A stretch of 63,429 nt of DNA, the filler included, from Hausera hauseri (Eukaryota), in assembly GCA_046269625.1 (NCBI GenBank). It is 9 parts of 9 records of this genome, joined end to end, with 100 filler letters (N's around TTAATTAATTAA, not from the genome) between each part and the next. Parts side by side here need not be neighbours in the genome. Positions count along the whole stretch, not along the records: positions 37,753 to 42,223 come from JBJURY010564894.1; positions 42,324 to 49,058 come from JBJURY010070883.1; positions 49,159 to 53,615 come from JBJURY010571561.1; 6 more parts are not named here. One strand, written 5' to 3'. Shown one piece after another: positions 37,753 through 51,985 of this stretch (position 1 is its first letter; every line of letters begins with the position of its first letter). The translations under genes and the position numbers were made by a program. Under the pieces are notes generated by a model. It did not search any database and was not told the DNA's origin. It saw only the letters and a program-made list of their open reading frames with translations.

Positions 37753-38075
37753 TGGGTAAAGTCAAGTTGCTTGAGATGATTCCAAACTGTCTTCTGATCC
37801 ACACCAACTTTTTAAGCCAATTCTTATGTGCTTGATGACGGCTCAACATCTAAAGCGGCTTGCAAGTCTCCTTCGTCCAAAACAGTTGGCCGTCCGAAAC
37901 TATCTTCAAGATGAAAATCGTCTTTATTGAAACGCCGGAACAATTTCTATGCAGTTCGCGATGCTATCGTACCTATAAATTCAACGTCGCACATTGCTTT
38001 ACAGCTGCTTTTGTATCCAAATTCCTTTTCCAATAATGACGCAGCAATACGCGAATCTCAAAATCTGTGGTTTCG
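37753..38075 (-). mobile_element. mariner transposase N-terminal remnant
   Basis: FRRFNKDDFHLEDS.GRPTVLDEGDLQAALDVEPSSST*ELA*KVGVDQKTVWNHLKQL. Confidence 0.8.
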
Positions 38076-38730
38076 TAATCAGATATAAAAAATCAATAAA
38101 TTTCCATAATAGCCACAAAACCAGAACAAAAACAAAATATAAACAAAATCATTATTTTAACACGGCGAACTAACTTTTATTTTGCACATTTCTCTGACTA
38201 TTTGTTATAAAAAATTGAGTTACAGTTTAATACGTTTCCTTATAAGTAATATTCTTGGTTTTCTTTATAGGCCTTTAAGAAGCTTTTTCAAATTGTTTTC
38301 TTTTAGTTTCTTCATTTAGTATGCCTTTTTCATATGTATATAGAATATATAATCATGTAATGAAGATTTTGAGTTGGTGATTTCTTTAATAATATGCTTT
38401 CCTATTGTCAAAGGAACTTCTGAAACATGATTTTAATTTGTTCCTGATTTTGTTTATTGAACGACATGTCAATAAGTTCAACATTCCGACAATCATATAT
38501 GAGACAAAATGGTAGAATTTCAAATTAGTATGGTCCAGTCAATTTGTTGTCAAACTGATTGATGTCTAGAATATTTAGATTTAATAAATTATGGAGCACT
38601 TTTTTCAGTCTTGCTGAAAAGTCAATTGCCAAATTTGAAACATATTTTTGTGGAGTGGCTTCGCAGCCTTTTGTTACATACTTCCTTGTACATTTTGGCT
38701 CATATTTCGATACCTTTTTCACAAACATAT

Positions 38731-41217
38731 TAGGGTGATACTTATTTTTGAACACGTGAAATCACTTTCTCTCAGCCCATAAATTTGTTAGGTTTATTAT
38801 GACAATGCTTCCTGCAAATTTTCAGGCAAATTGACAAACATCTAAAGGTAGCTCAACGACCTCGAAGAATATTGCAATTGACGGCATTAGTACTGCATAA
38901 CAGTCGAATGAGTAAACTCATATACGTCACTAAAATTTCTACAATAATTTTCAAAATAATAAACCATCTTTGCAAACTCTTCTTACTTATTTTTAAATGG
39001 TTTAATTTAGCATTAATATTCTTTGTATGACAGACGTGACGTCACGTTAATACAGTTTTTACTGAAAAAGTCAAATTATATATATATATATATTGATTTA
39101 TAAAATTCAAATACGTTAATTTACAAAGCAGTTTGAGTTTAACAGATTTTAACAACGACAACCATACGCTGCAAAGATCTTATATATTTACTGGAAAATA
39201 AGACGTATGAAATCACGGGTTCTAAATTGCCATCAATCCGTCAGTGCCTAAGACTGTTTTTGTACCACCATATCGATCTTAAGAAGACAATGCGTGAGAC
39301 ATCCAGTGTTGTGATTGACAAGGTTCAAGAGTTCTGGAATCGAGCAGGAATACCGACAAGAGCTGTTCAACACTGCCAGCAAAAAATTGAAGACATCTTT
39401 GACGATTAGCGATCGCTGAAAAAGAACAAAGCACGTGAGACAGTAACAGTGAAAAAGAACGAAACACAATTCTGTGATGTGCTTTGTGATGTATTTGATA
39501 TTGCCCACTCCGACGCTTTGTCAATGATAAAAATTCCAGAGGATCGAGAATTCCTGATAGCGCAGCGAGAGAAGGGCAGACGAGACAGCATGGCTGGTGT
39601 GGATGATAAGTTTCACAAACTGGAAAAAAGGCGTCTTGAAAGGCAAATGGAGCAACACAAAAGAAGTATTCGTTGCCTCTCGACGAATGAAATATCCAGT
39701 ACATCATTCGCCATCACCACGTCAGGCTCTGATAGCGACACAGAGGAGTTACATGAAGAATATCAGCATAATGAACCAATCTCAATCCCACGTGATAAGA
39801 GAGGTAGAAAGAGAGTAATTACTGCGTAGATGACTGCTGCACTCGACCGCACAAAATTGTCAAATCGTAAAGCAATGATGACTGTTTATGAAACAGCAAA
39901 GAGTCTCGGTCATGATATCCACGGGTTGGCACTGAATCGCGAGACCATTCGCCGAAGCCGACTCAAACACCGAAAGATGATAGCCGAGAAGCTGAAAGAA
40001 ACGTTTGTAGCAAATGTTCCTCTGGTTGTGCACTGGGATGGAAAGCTGTTGAAGGACTTGACAGGCAACGAACACGTTGGTCGCCTGCCAGTTATAATCA
40101 CCGGACCTGGAATTTCAAAGCTGCTTTCTGTGGCCAAACTACCGTCTGGAACAGGTGAAGCACAGGCGAAGGCTGTTTGTGATTCGTTAAAAGAATTGGG
40201 TTTGGAAGAAACTGTTATTGGGATGAGTTTTGATACAACCAGTTCAAGCACAGGAAGAATCAGTGGAGCCTGTAATCTAATACCATTGGCACTCAAACGA
40301 AATCTATTAACTCTGGCCAGTCGACATCACATATTCGAGCTAGTCATTGATGCTGTATCCCACAAGTGCCTGGGCGTTTCCGATGGGCCGGATATCCGCA
40401 TCTTCAAGCGCTTCAAGGAACAGTGGCCATATATTAATCACCTGCATTATCAAGATGTCACCTCCGACGAGCTGGCAGCCACTTAGGTGTCAGACATAAA
40501 GGAAGCCAACATTCATTTTATCAGTGACAAACTTTTGCAACAACATCCCACAGATGACTGCCGTAAGATGCTGGAGCTTACTTCATGGCTCCAGGCGCAT
40601 TCCACCAGGCTAGATGGATGGCAAAAGTTTTTTATGCCATGAAGATTTGGCTCTTCCGCTCCCAGTCAACAAAGCCTTAGTGACATTTGCATTTTTGTGG
40701 CTCGTCTGTATACCAAGTCATGGTTTATGGTGCCGACAATTGCCAGACGCACCGAAACAGACTTTAACTAAATAGTAAATAAGTTTGAGCTATAGACTTA
40801 GACAGTTTACTCACACATCACTTTCAGTTGTTAGTATGTATAAGGCTAAATAAATGACAGTTGACAGCAAATGCAGTAACTCCTTTGACAAATTTACTGA
40901 TCGATCGACTTTAATAAATGCGAGATCTTTGTATCAATACACTAATTTTCTCGTAATTGTTGTTTTTTACTGGAGTGGAATGTAGGTCTTATAGATCAAG
41001 AATAATTCTTATACTGCACGGCGTACGCATGCCATAGACTCCTTGAATTCCGATAGCCGAGGATATCTAAACTTTGACCCCGTTGAACTACTTCTAAATT
41101 GCAAAGTTATTTGTTCCAGTTTTGCACATGAATTTCATGTACCAAAGATAACATTTTTGCAAGGTGATACCAATAAATTTACATATTAAAATTTGATGCC
41201 TATTAGTGGCCACCCTA
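38731..41217 (+). mobile_element. hAT-superfamily (hATm-like) DNA transposon, internally deleted
   Basis: Transposase ~39140-40770 with LPSIRQCL, FWNRAGIPT, VHWDGKLL, RLPV, FDTTSS.TG, A(S)RHHIFEL; candidate termini TAGGGTG (38731) and CACCCTA (41217); no TSD seen. Confidence 0.72.
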
Positions 41218-44200
41218 CTGCTGCACTTCTTTATCTGCTTTAGTAACTTAACTAAGTTAATTACTACCTGTACAATGACAGCCAACCTGGACTTCTCCAT
41301 ATTGTGTAGGTTATTTAATCTAAAAGTTTTGAAAGTTTTTGCATGGAGACTTTGGAATTTACTTCCTTGCGCATCTTGCATAAATTGCGCGTTTGGTTCT
41401 CAATGAAATTCTGGAAATGCCGAATCTCTTCCCTTAACTGGGCATTTTTTTAATTCTCCTACCATGCGGTCTTTTTCATCGCATGTTCTAACTTTTGGCT
41501 TATTTTCAAATATTTTGTTTAAATTGATGTGCAACTTTGGTTCGTTGGTAGAATCCAACTTCATTGTTTCTACTGGTTCCAAGGGATGCAGTTTTAATTT
41601 CATTCTGTTCATCAACCGCCTTCCATATTCATGTTGGAACTTGTGGATCATTTTGATTCTAATTGTTATACGCTTCTGCGTATTATTTCCTTCTGCGATT
41701 GCTTCGGCCAATTTGGCTTCTCGGTTTTTTGTCATGCGAACTTTCTGACACTGCGGTTTGGTAATCCTCCTGATTACCTTTTGCTTCTTCTCCGATAGCT
41801 GATACTCTTCATCAGACTGAGTTATAGTTATATATGCTCGTAACTGGCTGTAGGACACTGCCTTTTCACTTCGTCCAAGTCCACTTCTGTCTAAATGAAA
41901 GATTAATACTACATTGTAAATAAATTAATCATTACCTATTGCCTTTGTAGTTTCTATCAACTGCTGTATAATGTTGCACATTTCCTGGGTTGTACTCGGG
42001 AACTTGGCTCGATTGTCCGTTGTCTGATGGATAGTATTTATTGTCTACAGCTTCTTTTCGTTTGGTTTCAAGTGATGCTATGATTATTTTGTGCTTCATT
42101 TGTTGGGAAAAAGTAATTTTGGACATTGTTAAAAGTGACAAAATAATGACAGACTGCCTTATATACTAAATCAATACACACATGCCTTAATTTCATTGGC
42201 TGCACACACACATCTTCATTTCTNNNNNNNNNNNNNNNNNNNNNNNNNNNNNNNNNNNNNNNNNNNNTTAATTAATTAANNNNNNNNNNNNNNNNNNNNN
42301 NNNNNNNNNNNNNNNNNNNNNNNTGTACATATAATAACGGTGGTAGCGGCTTCATTACCTCGGTTCACCACGTCATCTCGATCATGATTTTAGTCGGAAG
42401 GTCCGCGATTCTAAATTCCAGGGCATAATTCATAACGCTATAGCAACATAGTTCATAAGTACTAAATTTCCACTGCTGCCCTTTTTGCGTACTCCAGGAT
42501 TGTCCTACGATTCTGTATTGAATTTCTCCATCAGCGACATGTACGTACAATTGCTGATGTGTCGGCTAATATGGGATTAGATCTCTTAAAAGGTATGCCC
42601 GTGCATCCTTTAGATTTTGCATGGCATATAATCGAACCAGTCAATTCTCTTCTAAACACAATTTCAATTCGTTTAGTATTTTACTCTCTTGGTTGAATTC
42701 TAGATAGTTCTGGGTTTTCAGGTTTTTTCCAATTTGTCGGTATAGACTTTTGGACAGTGATTGAGGAACAGTGACGTGTTGCTGGAAGAAATCATCGATA
42801 TCGAAATTGGAACTGACTGCTAGATTCTTCGCCTTCTCGGCCATACTTACTCTGCTAAATAAAAATAAAGGTTAATCCTAAGACAGATCATCGATTTGAA
42901 ACAAAACATTTTCTCTGTCTGATGACAGAATAATCCGATCTGTAGTTGTCAAGTTATGCTATCATAAAGTCCATCTTGGCGCCCGTTTACCCATTTACCT
43001 CCCTTCCGACTTTTACAGCGCTTATTACAATTTTTGGAAAGTATAAAAATCATCGCTGTTAATATTATAAGAGCGAAAATTTACAAACTAAATATAGCTG
43101 TTATAGGTGAATTACTCGGCTCAATAGAACTTTCCGTGGTAAACACATTTTGAGTACTGATATCTTTATACGGCATTACTTCAATTTTATTTCCAAGAGT
43201 TCGTACTGTAAAAGTTTTAGGGTTCTTACCCTTTGCGGTAATTCTGATTATATAGTCATGTTGCGGTCATAATGACCTGCAGTCAGTTCCCTGACTATTC
43301 TTTCTCAAGATCACAACTTGGTTGGTGTGCAAGGTACGACATTCAATTTTGACGTTTTCCTTTAACGTCTCTTTAGCGAAAAATAGAATTTTATCACTTT
43401 TTTCTAAAATTTTAACCGGTATGTTTTCTGGCATTTCGTTCAAAGTGACGACTGTAGTAAAGCGAGTTGTACTCGGAGTAGTGGACGGTTTTCTCGTGGT
43501 GATTTGGAATGGAAGCTTTCATATTTCGGCCTTTGGACAGTATCCTCTTAAATAGATACTTGGTTTTCCGGGGTACGTATCGTACAAATCGAATTGTAAC
43601 CGATACTCTTGAAATAATAACAGTACACAGCACTAAGTAGGATGTCGTTTAGCCAAAGAACAATACTCTGGTTTAGGAATAGAAGTGTTCAGCGGTGTAA
43701 ACTGGACAGGAACTTCTTTGTATGCTGGCAGATCGACTTTGGTCTCAATTCAAATACATTGGTTCTTCAAGTACTTGTGAATCCCAACAATGTTGTAATC
43801 TAAGAGCGTCCTAAATGGATCCGTGCTTTGAATTATTTTGTCCGTTTTAGCTTGATTTGCATCCTTTCGTTGGGGCATTCTTATTGAGAGTTCGTAGTTA
43901 TGTAGGCTTAAGCTCCGAACTGATAAGAATAAAACATTTGAAATCCGTATCCGTAGGTTTGCCCAAAACCCAAACTGCAGCATTTCCTATGAACTCTGTA
44001 CAGAAAATTACACGTTCTCATTGTGTCCCTAGTTACAAATATTATTTGAAATTTCACGTGACTCCGAATAGGCTTGCTTGATTTAAACAATGCACATGGT
44101 TTTCTGCAATCCATATCGCGTAGGATATCCTTTTGTTTTCCGGTTTGAGCGATCGATTTCACTGTGGGTATATGAAGCGATTAAGGATAAGGCCAGTAAT

Positions 44201-44279
44201 ATTTGCACATACGATATTGGTCTAGTCACTATCGATGACGTTTTTTCTTTACTTGCTTTGCTTAAACGCAAATTTTAGC

Positions 44280-47200
44280 GTTTGTCTGGTCTTATCTCCG
44301 TTTTAACTACTCTTTGAATTGATATGACCTCCTCATTGCCGTTTTTATTTATATAGACTGTGGTCGGCGTAACTTTGATAACTTCATATGGTCCTCTGCC
44401 TGTCCTGGTGATCATAAGAGACGTGCATTTCTTTGCTACTAAGTAGTGTACGTAAACCCAGTTTCCGGGTTCTAGATCGTGTGGTTTAGCCTCCTTATTG
44501 TATTGCTTATTGAATTGTTCCTGGTATTATTTAGATAATTCTTTGGCTATTTTCTAACATTTGTGCAATCATAACTGTAATACTTGAACAAAATTCTGTT
44601 CTAGATCTTCCGTTCTTGTTGCGTAGGGAATCAATCCTAGAACTGTATGCAATGCAGCTTCCCTTCCGTACATCATAAAAATGAAGTAAATCCTGTTGCA
44701 GGATGTGGAATAGTATTAATGGCAAATTGTGTACCTTCTAAGAACTCTTCCAAATCCATCTGGTCTTTTGCGACTACTGTTGATAAGATTTGTATAACCG
44801 TCGCGTTCATTCGTTCGACCATTCCATTACATTGGGGACAATAAGCTGTGGTAGATAGTCGTTCAATCTCAAAAATTTTGGTAATTTTGTCGAACAATTC
44901 GCTCGTGAAGTTTCTTCCTCGGTTTGTCAAGATTTGTTCGGGTGGCCCGTATCTGCAAATAATTTTCCGGACTACTACTTCCGCAAAAGTCTCGGCCTCA
45001 TGGTCTATTAACGCTATATGCTCCACGAAATAAATTAATCGGTCTACACAAGTCAAAATATATTTGATGTTTTTATGGGTCGTAGGCAATGGTCCCACAA
45101 TATCCATAGACATTGCTTGCATTTGTCTATCGGGCACGTCGATAGGTTTAAGCTCGGCGACGTAGTTTTTACTTTCTTCTGCTTGTTTGCACATACCTCA
45201 CAAGCATTTATCCAATTTCTAACGTCGATTTAAATGCTCGGCCAATAGTACTTATTTAATATTCTTTCCAATGTCTTTTTCCACGACATGTGTCCAGCTA
45301 AGTATAAATCATGTTTGGCCACGAGTACTTCCGCTCGTAATTCCTTTGTTATGACGACCAATTTTCGCCCTTTTCGTTCGTAGTATAACACATTCTCGTG
45401 GCTCGAGTCTCCAGCGACGCAATATTTGTGACTATATCGTCGTAGGTGTTTCTGTAACTGATGACCCTTTGGTGTTACGTTGATACCAGCGAACTCGATA
45501 ATCTATTGTATAACCTTGTCTTTTCTCTGTTCAGCAGCAATCTTTAATGCTTTATATAGTGTAAGAGTCCATTGTCTTTCTACTAAGTCTTCAAGGTGTG
45601 CTTTGCTCATTATTGTAACTGCGCTTATTTTGGTTTTAAGTCTCGATAATGCGTCGGCATCGACGTGTTTACTTCCGGGTTTGTATTGAAATTCAATATT
45701 GTAGCGTGAGATTTCCTCGATCCATCTGTTATGTCTACAAGTTGGATTACTTGCTCTACCCTTCAAAGTCGTAACTGCTTTATGATCAGTAAGGATTACG
45801 ATCTTCTGTCCGTATACGTACACGTTAAAATGTCGCAAGACTTCTTTTACTGATAACGTTTCCAACTCCGTTACCGAATAGTTCTTCTCAGCTTTCTTAA
45901 GCGAACGTCCTCCATATGCAATCGGATGTTCTAACTCCTTGTCTACTCGTTTTTGGGCCAGTTTATACCCGATGTCTTCCTTACTGGCGTCTGTTTTGAT
46001 TATGAACGGTAGGTTAAAGTCGGGATATCTTAAGACGGGTTTACTAGTTAGAATTTTCTTCATTTCGTCAAAAGCTTTTTGTTCGACATCGGTCCATTTC
46101 CATTTGGTCCCTTTTTTAAGTAAACGATACAAAGGTGCGTTTATCTTCGCATTATCCGGTACGTAAGTAGCATAATATCCACATAATCGTAACCAATGTC
46201 TCAATTTCTTCTGATTCAGAGGTTCCATGCAATCCGATATCTTACACAATAATGATTTATCCGGCTTCGATCCTCCGTCTCCTACTATATGTCTGAGGTT
46301 CGACACAGCGTTCTGAGCCCGTTTGCACTTCTTTGGATTCAGTTTCAATCCAGTCTGCTCCAATCTCATGAGTGTACCTTTAATGTCTTTTATATGATCT
46401 TCTTCCGTTTTCGACGCAATCATAACATCGTCGAAGTAGGCAAATGCGTGTTCCAGTACCATTAGCATTTTGTTCATCATGCGGGTGAAAATGGCTGGTC
46501 CGGTAATGATTCCAAAATGCATAACATTAAATTTGTATATACCATCGTGTATCTTAAATTCCGTTTTGTAACGATCTTCCTCTTCTATATCCACTTGCCA
46601 ATATCCTGATTACAAATCGAGCGTGGTGAACCATTTAGCTCCCAAAAGTCTGTCCAAAGCTTCCTTTACCGATGGTAATGAAAAAGAGTCCTTCATCATA
46701 GGTGTGTTTAATGCTTGATAGTCGATACAAAATCGGTGCTTACTGGTACCTTTTTCTTAACCATGAGTATCGATGAGTACCAAGATCGGTAGCTTCGTCT
46801 AATTATGTCGGCCTTTAATATCCGTTCAACCTCTTTGGTTATCTCAGGCCTTAATGAGTGTGGAGGAGGATATCATTTCGGCATCTTTTAATCCTCTAGA
46901 TCTATTTCGTCGTTTGATCCGGGTTTTTTCTTAAGTGTAATCGTGAGCCTTAAGGTTTTGGCTCGGCCAATATCTTTTTCATCTCTTGCGATATTTGAGC
47001 TATAGCGACAAAGTAATTCGTAAAATCAGCAATATGATTCCGGCAAAAATTTAGTCTCAACGTGGGGTGGAAATTCTGCACGCTTATATGGTTTCTCTTC
47101 GATGATAATCGATGACACTCTATACGTGTGTCCTAGAGTAATATTGGCGTACAGTTTGGTTGCAGTGGGCGCATTATTCGCTATTCTGATCGGCACGCGG

Positions 47201-47800
47201 CCTGTTGATACTCTTGTCAAAACATTGCTGAGTACGAGGTTTTGATCAAGCGATTCCTTGGGTTCAAAATATATTGGCTGATTGTCATTCTGAAGTATCT
47301 GAGCATTTATTAGGATTTCTGTTCTGGGTGGTATAGTTTCGTCCACTGGAATCCACACTTCTTTAAATCTTCTGTCTTTAGTGGTTTTAATTCCCTTTAT
47401 TGGGCCAAGTTCTATCAACTTGCCTGCATTGAAATTGATTGCTATATTAAGTAGTTTTCTCAATAAGTCACACCCTAACACTACATCATCCGTTAGTTGC
47501 TCCATTACTAAGAATTCATGACGAAAAGATTGGCCCATTATGTGAATTTCTGGTTTCCAACGGAATTTACTTTTCAACGACTATCCAAAAGCTCCAATGC
47601 TTCCTGGATCTGTCGTAGGAGGTGGATATAATTGTTTCCGTAAGAATTGTGGTATCGAATCATATTTTATCAGTGATATTTCAGATCCTGTATCTATTAA
47701 TGCATAAACCTCCCAATCTTCCAATTGAATTTTTGCGAAGGGCCTGCCTTCGATTACTGTACCGTAATAGCTTGGTGCTATTTTGGGTTGTCGTATCGTA
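44280..47800 (-). pseudogene. pol: pol of D
   Basis: PR, RT, RNaseH and INT motifs in Gypsy order with frameshifts. Confidence 0.92.
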
Positions 47801-48399
47801 GACACTTTGTAGCCGTTGATGGTAACTTCAGTGGTTCCAACTGGCTGCTCGACTAACTGTCTTAACTCTCCAATTGGGTATAGTTCATTATTCGTTCCAT
47901 TCGCGTTTTCTACTCTTGGGTTTCTAACTGGCGGCTGAACATCTGGGTTTCGGAGATTTCGTGCTTCACAACTTCGATTAAATATCGATTGCGTTTTGTT
48001 TGGCTTAGGTATTCTAGGTGAGTAAATTATACCGTGGTCGTCGACGATATGGGACAGACGTTCTCTCTGTTTTGTGGATCTTACGCAATATCCCATAGCG
48101 TTTTGTTTTTTCATAAGGGTCCTCTAAACTAAATGGCTTCCGATAAACACCTGTCTGACACGAACTTACAGATTGCTTCTCGCAATCTTTATATATAGGT
48201 GCCGTTGGCAGCAATATTGGTAATGGTAGTTTCATAAGAGTAATTTTTATGCCGGCTTGGCTTGAAGATGACATCTCCCTTAGGCTCGTCATCGTCAGAA
48301 TTATTTCTTCGTGTCTTACTATCCAGAAATTTTTGCCTATAATCGAATATTGGTCTTTTACGTTTTCGATTATGGTAGCCAACATGTCGTTCTACTTTC

Positions 48400-49058
48400 A
48401 TTTTCCATTTACTCTCTTCATAAGCCTTCATGAATTTGGCAAGAGAATAATAATAGCCGTTAAAATTTTGCACGAAAATCCTGTCAAGGTGAATATCTCA
48501 TATCCAATGATAATTGCTTGAATTATAGCTTTTACCAGTTGAATTAAGAAATATATCGCTAGAAATCCTGACACGGCTTCTTTGAATATCAGGAATCTTC
48601 CCCAAATTTTGTATAATATTTCTGTAGTTACCTTATAATAGTCAACACCAAGTAATGACTCCCATTTTGCCTGATAGCGCGAGTCCTCTAATATTGTATG
48701 CATCGCTCTGTTTAATTCATGTGTACGTTGGCGGGGAAAAGCGAGAAATTGTCTAAACGCCTCTACTTTTGGTCGGTAGATACCCTTCGCGGCTGTATCT
48801 TGAAATTTATCGGTTATTCCTTTTATTAAGTTTGTTCCTGTCAGTTTCGTAGGTGGTGTGATAATACTACCGTTCGGTAGACTTACTCAGTCAGTTTCGC
48901 TACGTCTGAACATCGGCTCGCCTAAACTGGTTTTAGAGTCTCTTAAGATTGTCGGTTGAATAGCATTAGTCAATAGTACTCTGGTAATTGGTGTTACTAG
49001 CCTCTGTAGGTCCTGATATATCACTGGGAGTTCTTGTATACACCTCTTCTCTTCCACA
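48400..49058 (-). pseudogene. env: C-terminal part of a herpes-gB/chuvirus-like class III envelope glycoprotein
   Basis: CIQELPVIY..LVTPITRV, KGIY..FRQFLAFP and TM SGFLAIYFLIQLVKAII..GY..TG align with the 60232-61957 protein (CTMELPVWY..FLQPITRI, MGVY..MMFP, SGWIGFYYVFAFVKAIL..GY..TG). Confidence 0.8.
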
Positions 49059-49158
49059 NNNNNNNNNNNNNNNNNNNNNNNNNNNNNNNNNNNNNNNNNN
49101 NNTTAATTAATTAANNNNNNNNNNNNNNNNNNNNNNNNNNNNNNNNNNNNNNNNNNNN

Positions 49159-49912
49159 CTTAAACAAACCGATAAAAAGGCGGTTTCCAACTCGTGCATA
49201 TCGTGCTGCCGGTGTAAATAATGTATGGCAAATGAATCTAATTTAAATGATTTCGTATGCCAGCATCAACGATAGGTGTCGGTATGTGCTCACATGTATT
49301 GATGTGTTTAGTCGTTTTGCACATGCAGAATGCTATGAAATCTAAATCTGGTAAAGAGATTGCCGATGCTGTTCACAAATTATTTAAACAACAACAACAA
49401 CAACAACCACCGAAAGATGTACAAATGGATTTTGGAAAGGAGTACTACAACGCTCACGTTGTAGTGGTCTTGAAATGGTTCGGCGTAAACCACTACTCGG
49501 TGTTTTCCCAATAAAAGGCTGCACTCATTGAACGATTTAATCGAATATTGCGCGGTCGCCTAAACAAATTCTTTACGAAGCAAGGCAACAAACGCTGGAT
49601 AGATATACTACCAGATATTATTCATGCATACAATCATTCAATACATCGTGCAATCAACGGAATGCACCCGACTGACGTACTCGATGATTTGCACATGTGG
49701 CTTTATCAAAATCGACGACAACGACAGGCAATTAAACGCCCAAAATATAAAATTGGTGCTTATGTACGTATTTCGAAAATAAGTACGACGCCATTCATTA
49801 AGAATTTCAGTCAGAACTGGAGTGACGAGGTATTCCGCATTTCGGCAATCAACATAAAACAAACACCTGTAATATACGTTTTAGAGGATAAAAACGGCCA
49901 GGAAATACACGG
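49159..49912 (+). pseudogene. int: Polinton retroviral-like (rve) integrase
   Basis: YVLTCIDVFSRFA, QMDFGKEYYN, KAALIERFNRILR, YNHSIHRAI, KYKIGAYVRISK, NWSDEVFRI. Confidence 0.9.
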
Positions 49913-49940
49913 NNNNNNNNNNTTTTGCATCACAGATTCA

Positions 49941-50937
49941 ATGACCAGCAGCATTTACTTGGTACTTGATAGTAACAGATCATTGTTACAACAAGACGAC
50001 AATGACAATACCGCTAAACAGTTTATTATGAACTTGGGCCAAATGGTTGATTTACGCCAGGGAGCTTGGGAAGTGCTCTTGACGGAATTTACATTTACAT
50101 TTTCACCAATGACAATACGTCAGAACAGTGGTATTTACTTTAACCGACAAGGAAGTTACCCTATTTCAAGTCATTTGCGGACAATCCGACAAAATAACCG
50201 ATATACTTTTCGCAATTATTCGCGGAAACATTTCTCGGTTTATGCTTATACTCAGGCATGGGGTTTTCAATCAGTCAGTGTACACTCAAAAATGACTACA
50301 GCTAGATGGACATGTTATAATTAGTGAAAAATTGGATCTTTCGTTCAATGCGGAATCCGATATTATAGTAAGGTGGACTAAGTCAGAATCAGTTTTCCGC
50401 TCATATATTATACCACACGATTTATTAATGGAAACGGAACTGAAATTGTGTGAATACGTCAAGAAAATGGCTAAATTAGCTGTAAAGACATATGAAATAA
50501 ACGCAGATGGTCATATGTCGATTATAATACATGCCAATGTAACATATTTTGCCTTTGATGAATTATTGGCTCGGAATCTGGGCTTTCCAAAACGTGAATT
50601 CTGTCAAACTGTTGTTGGACAATCTATTGCTGACAAATACAAACCGCAACATTATTATACATTTCATAGAATCAACATTTTAACGAACTTAACCGAATCC
50701 GTACTCGTTGGTGAAAAACGTAAATAACTACTGGCTTTCATCGAACTGGATTCTGACATGTACAAAACATGGGGTGGAACTGTTCGCGTTAATATACTCA
50801 GACCCATGTACCTATCATTTTCTCACAATACTGTGCACAGTATTTCCGTATATATGCTTGATGAATTTTGGGAACCCATTAAATTTCTGTTTAAGTCAAC
50901 GACAAATTTGACGTCATATTTTAGACGTCGTCGATAA
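49941..50937 (+). pseudogene. Minor capsid (penton-like) protein, copy 1
   Basis: IYLVLDSN..NTAKQF..LRQGAWEVLLTEFTF; C-terminal ILTNLTESVLVGEK..LL, PMYL. Confidence 0.7.
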
Positions 50938-50976
50938 TAAACAAATTGCATAATCATCATTGACATCGTTGTGAAT

Positions 50977-51985
50977 ATGAGTATTTACATGGTGTTGTCG
51001 AGCAACAGTTGTAAAACGACTCGTCCGAACAATGCAACCAGTGAATACGTTGTAGATTGGAACAATCCTTTGGATTTATCTGGAAAATAGGAGGTTGCAC
51101 TGACGGAATTTAACTTTCCCTACGCACCGGAGACATTCAAAGGTAGTATGAAAATAACTTACAACCAGACTGTTACTGAAACCAAAACACATTCTTNNNN
51201 NNNNNNAAAATAACAGTTGGAGAATCGGCCATTTGCATGACCAAAGTGGCTCATGGCAAAATAGGTGTTTTATTTTAGATCAAAACTTACATTTTATGGC
51301 AGATTTTGAATTTACTGTTACCTTTGAGGTCTCTGAGCTGGCGCAGAAATTTGGATTCAAAAATACAGAGTACAAAGATAAACATATTGAAAGTAAATAT
51401 GTAGTTGGTCAAACATTAAGTCCGTATATTACCAGACAACGGTAAAATTTATCTATACAGCACAAAGTGTGTCTACATCAGACGTGTCGATTGGAGACAA
51501 TGCCTATTGCGAATCTGTAGCACATCTCAGTCGAAACTTTTCTTCAAATCAAAAGTACAAAGAGATATTTAAATTTGTCGAGTCAGATGCAAGGGGGGTT
51601 ACATTAAATTTAAACTGGCTAAGGATATTGTCAGCATTTCATTGGACAAAGCTTTGGCCATGGTATTGGATTTTGAAAAACAGCGGTTTAAGACATCAAC
51701 GGTGGTGGCGGCGGCACATGTTGCAACACTTAAATCCAAACTGAAAACTGGATTAAGTAAAATGTACATTTACGTGAACGTCACCGAACCGATTTTGGTG
51801 GGTGGAGTACGTGTACCGCTACTTCATGTTATTTATATGGAAAGTGGCAAGTATACTGCTGGCGACATATCACTGTGAAGCTTCATAATCCAATGTACCT
51901 ACCTGCGGCAACTACATCTATAAACAATGTTGAAGTCAATATCCTTATTGAATTTCCGTACGGTACCACAACCAACATGATTGAT
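50977..51985 (+). pseudogene. Minor capsid (penton-like) protein, copy 2
   Basis: IYMVLSSNS..NNATSEY..LSGK*EVALTEFNFP; MYIYVNVTEPILVGGVRVPLL..HNPMYLP..INNVEVNI. Confidence 0.75.

Larger units (their letters stand above)
42323..49058 (-). mobile_element. Element D: Ty3/Gypsy with a gB-like env upstream of PR-RT-RH-INT and extra ORFs downstream
   Basis: LIDTGSEISLI (PR), RFCIDYQALN, AYFDDV, KTDAS, NYSVTELE, MDIVGPLP..NGMVERMN, GPY. Confidence 0.88.

Noticed and set aside
38525-38755. 76-aa ORF as a gene
   Set aside because: It crosses the candidate hATm terminus and has no recognisable motif.
41220-42223. Lys-rich ORFs 41400..41858 and 41932..42141
   Set aside because: Probably a retroelement or viral remnant, but no motif supports a call.
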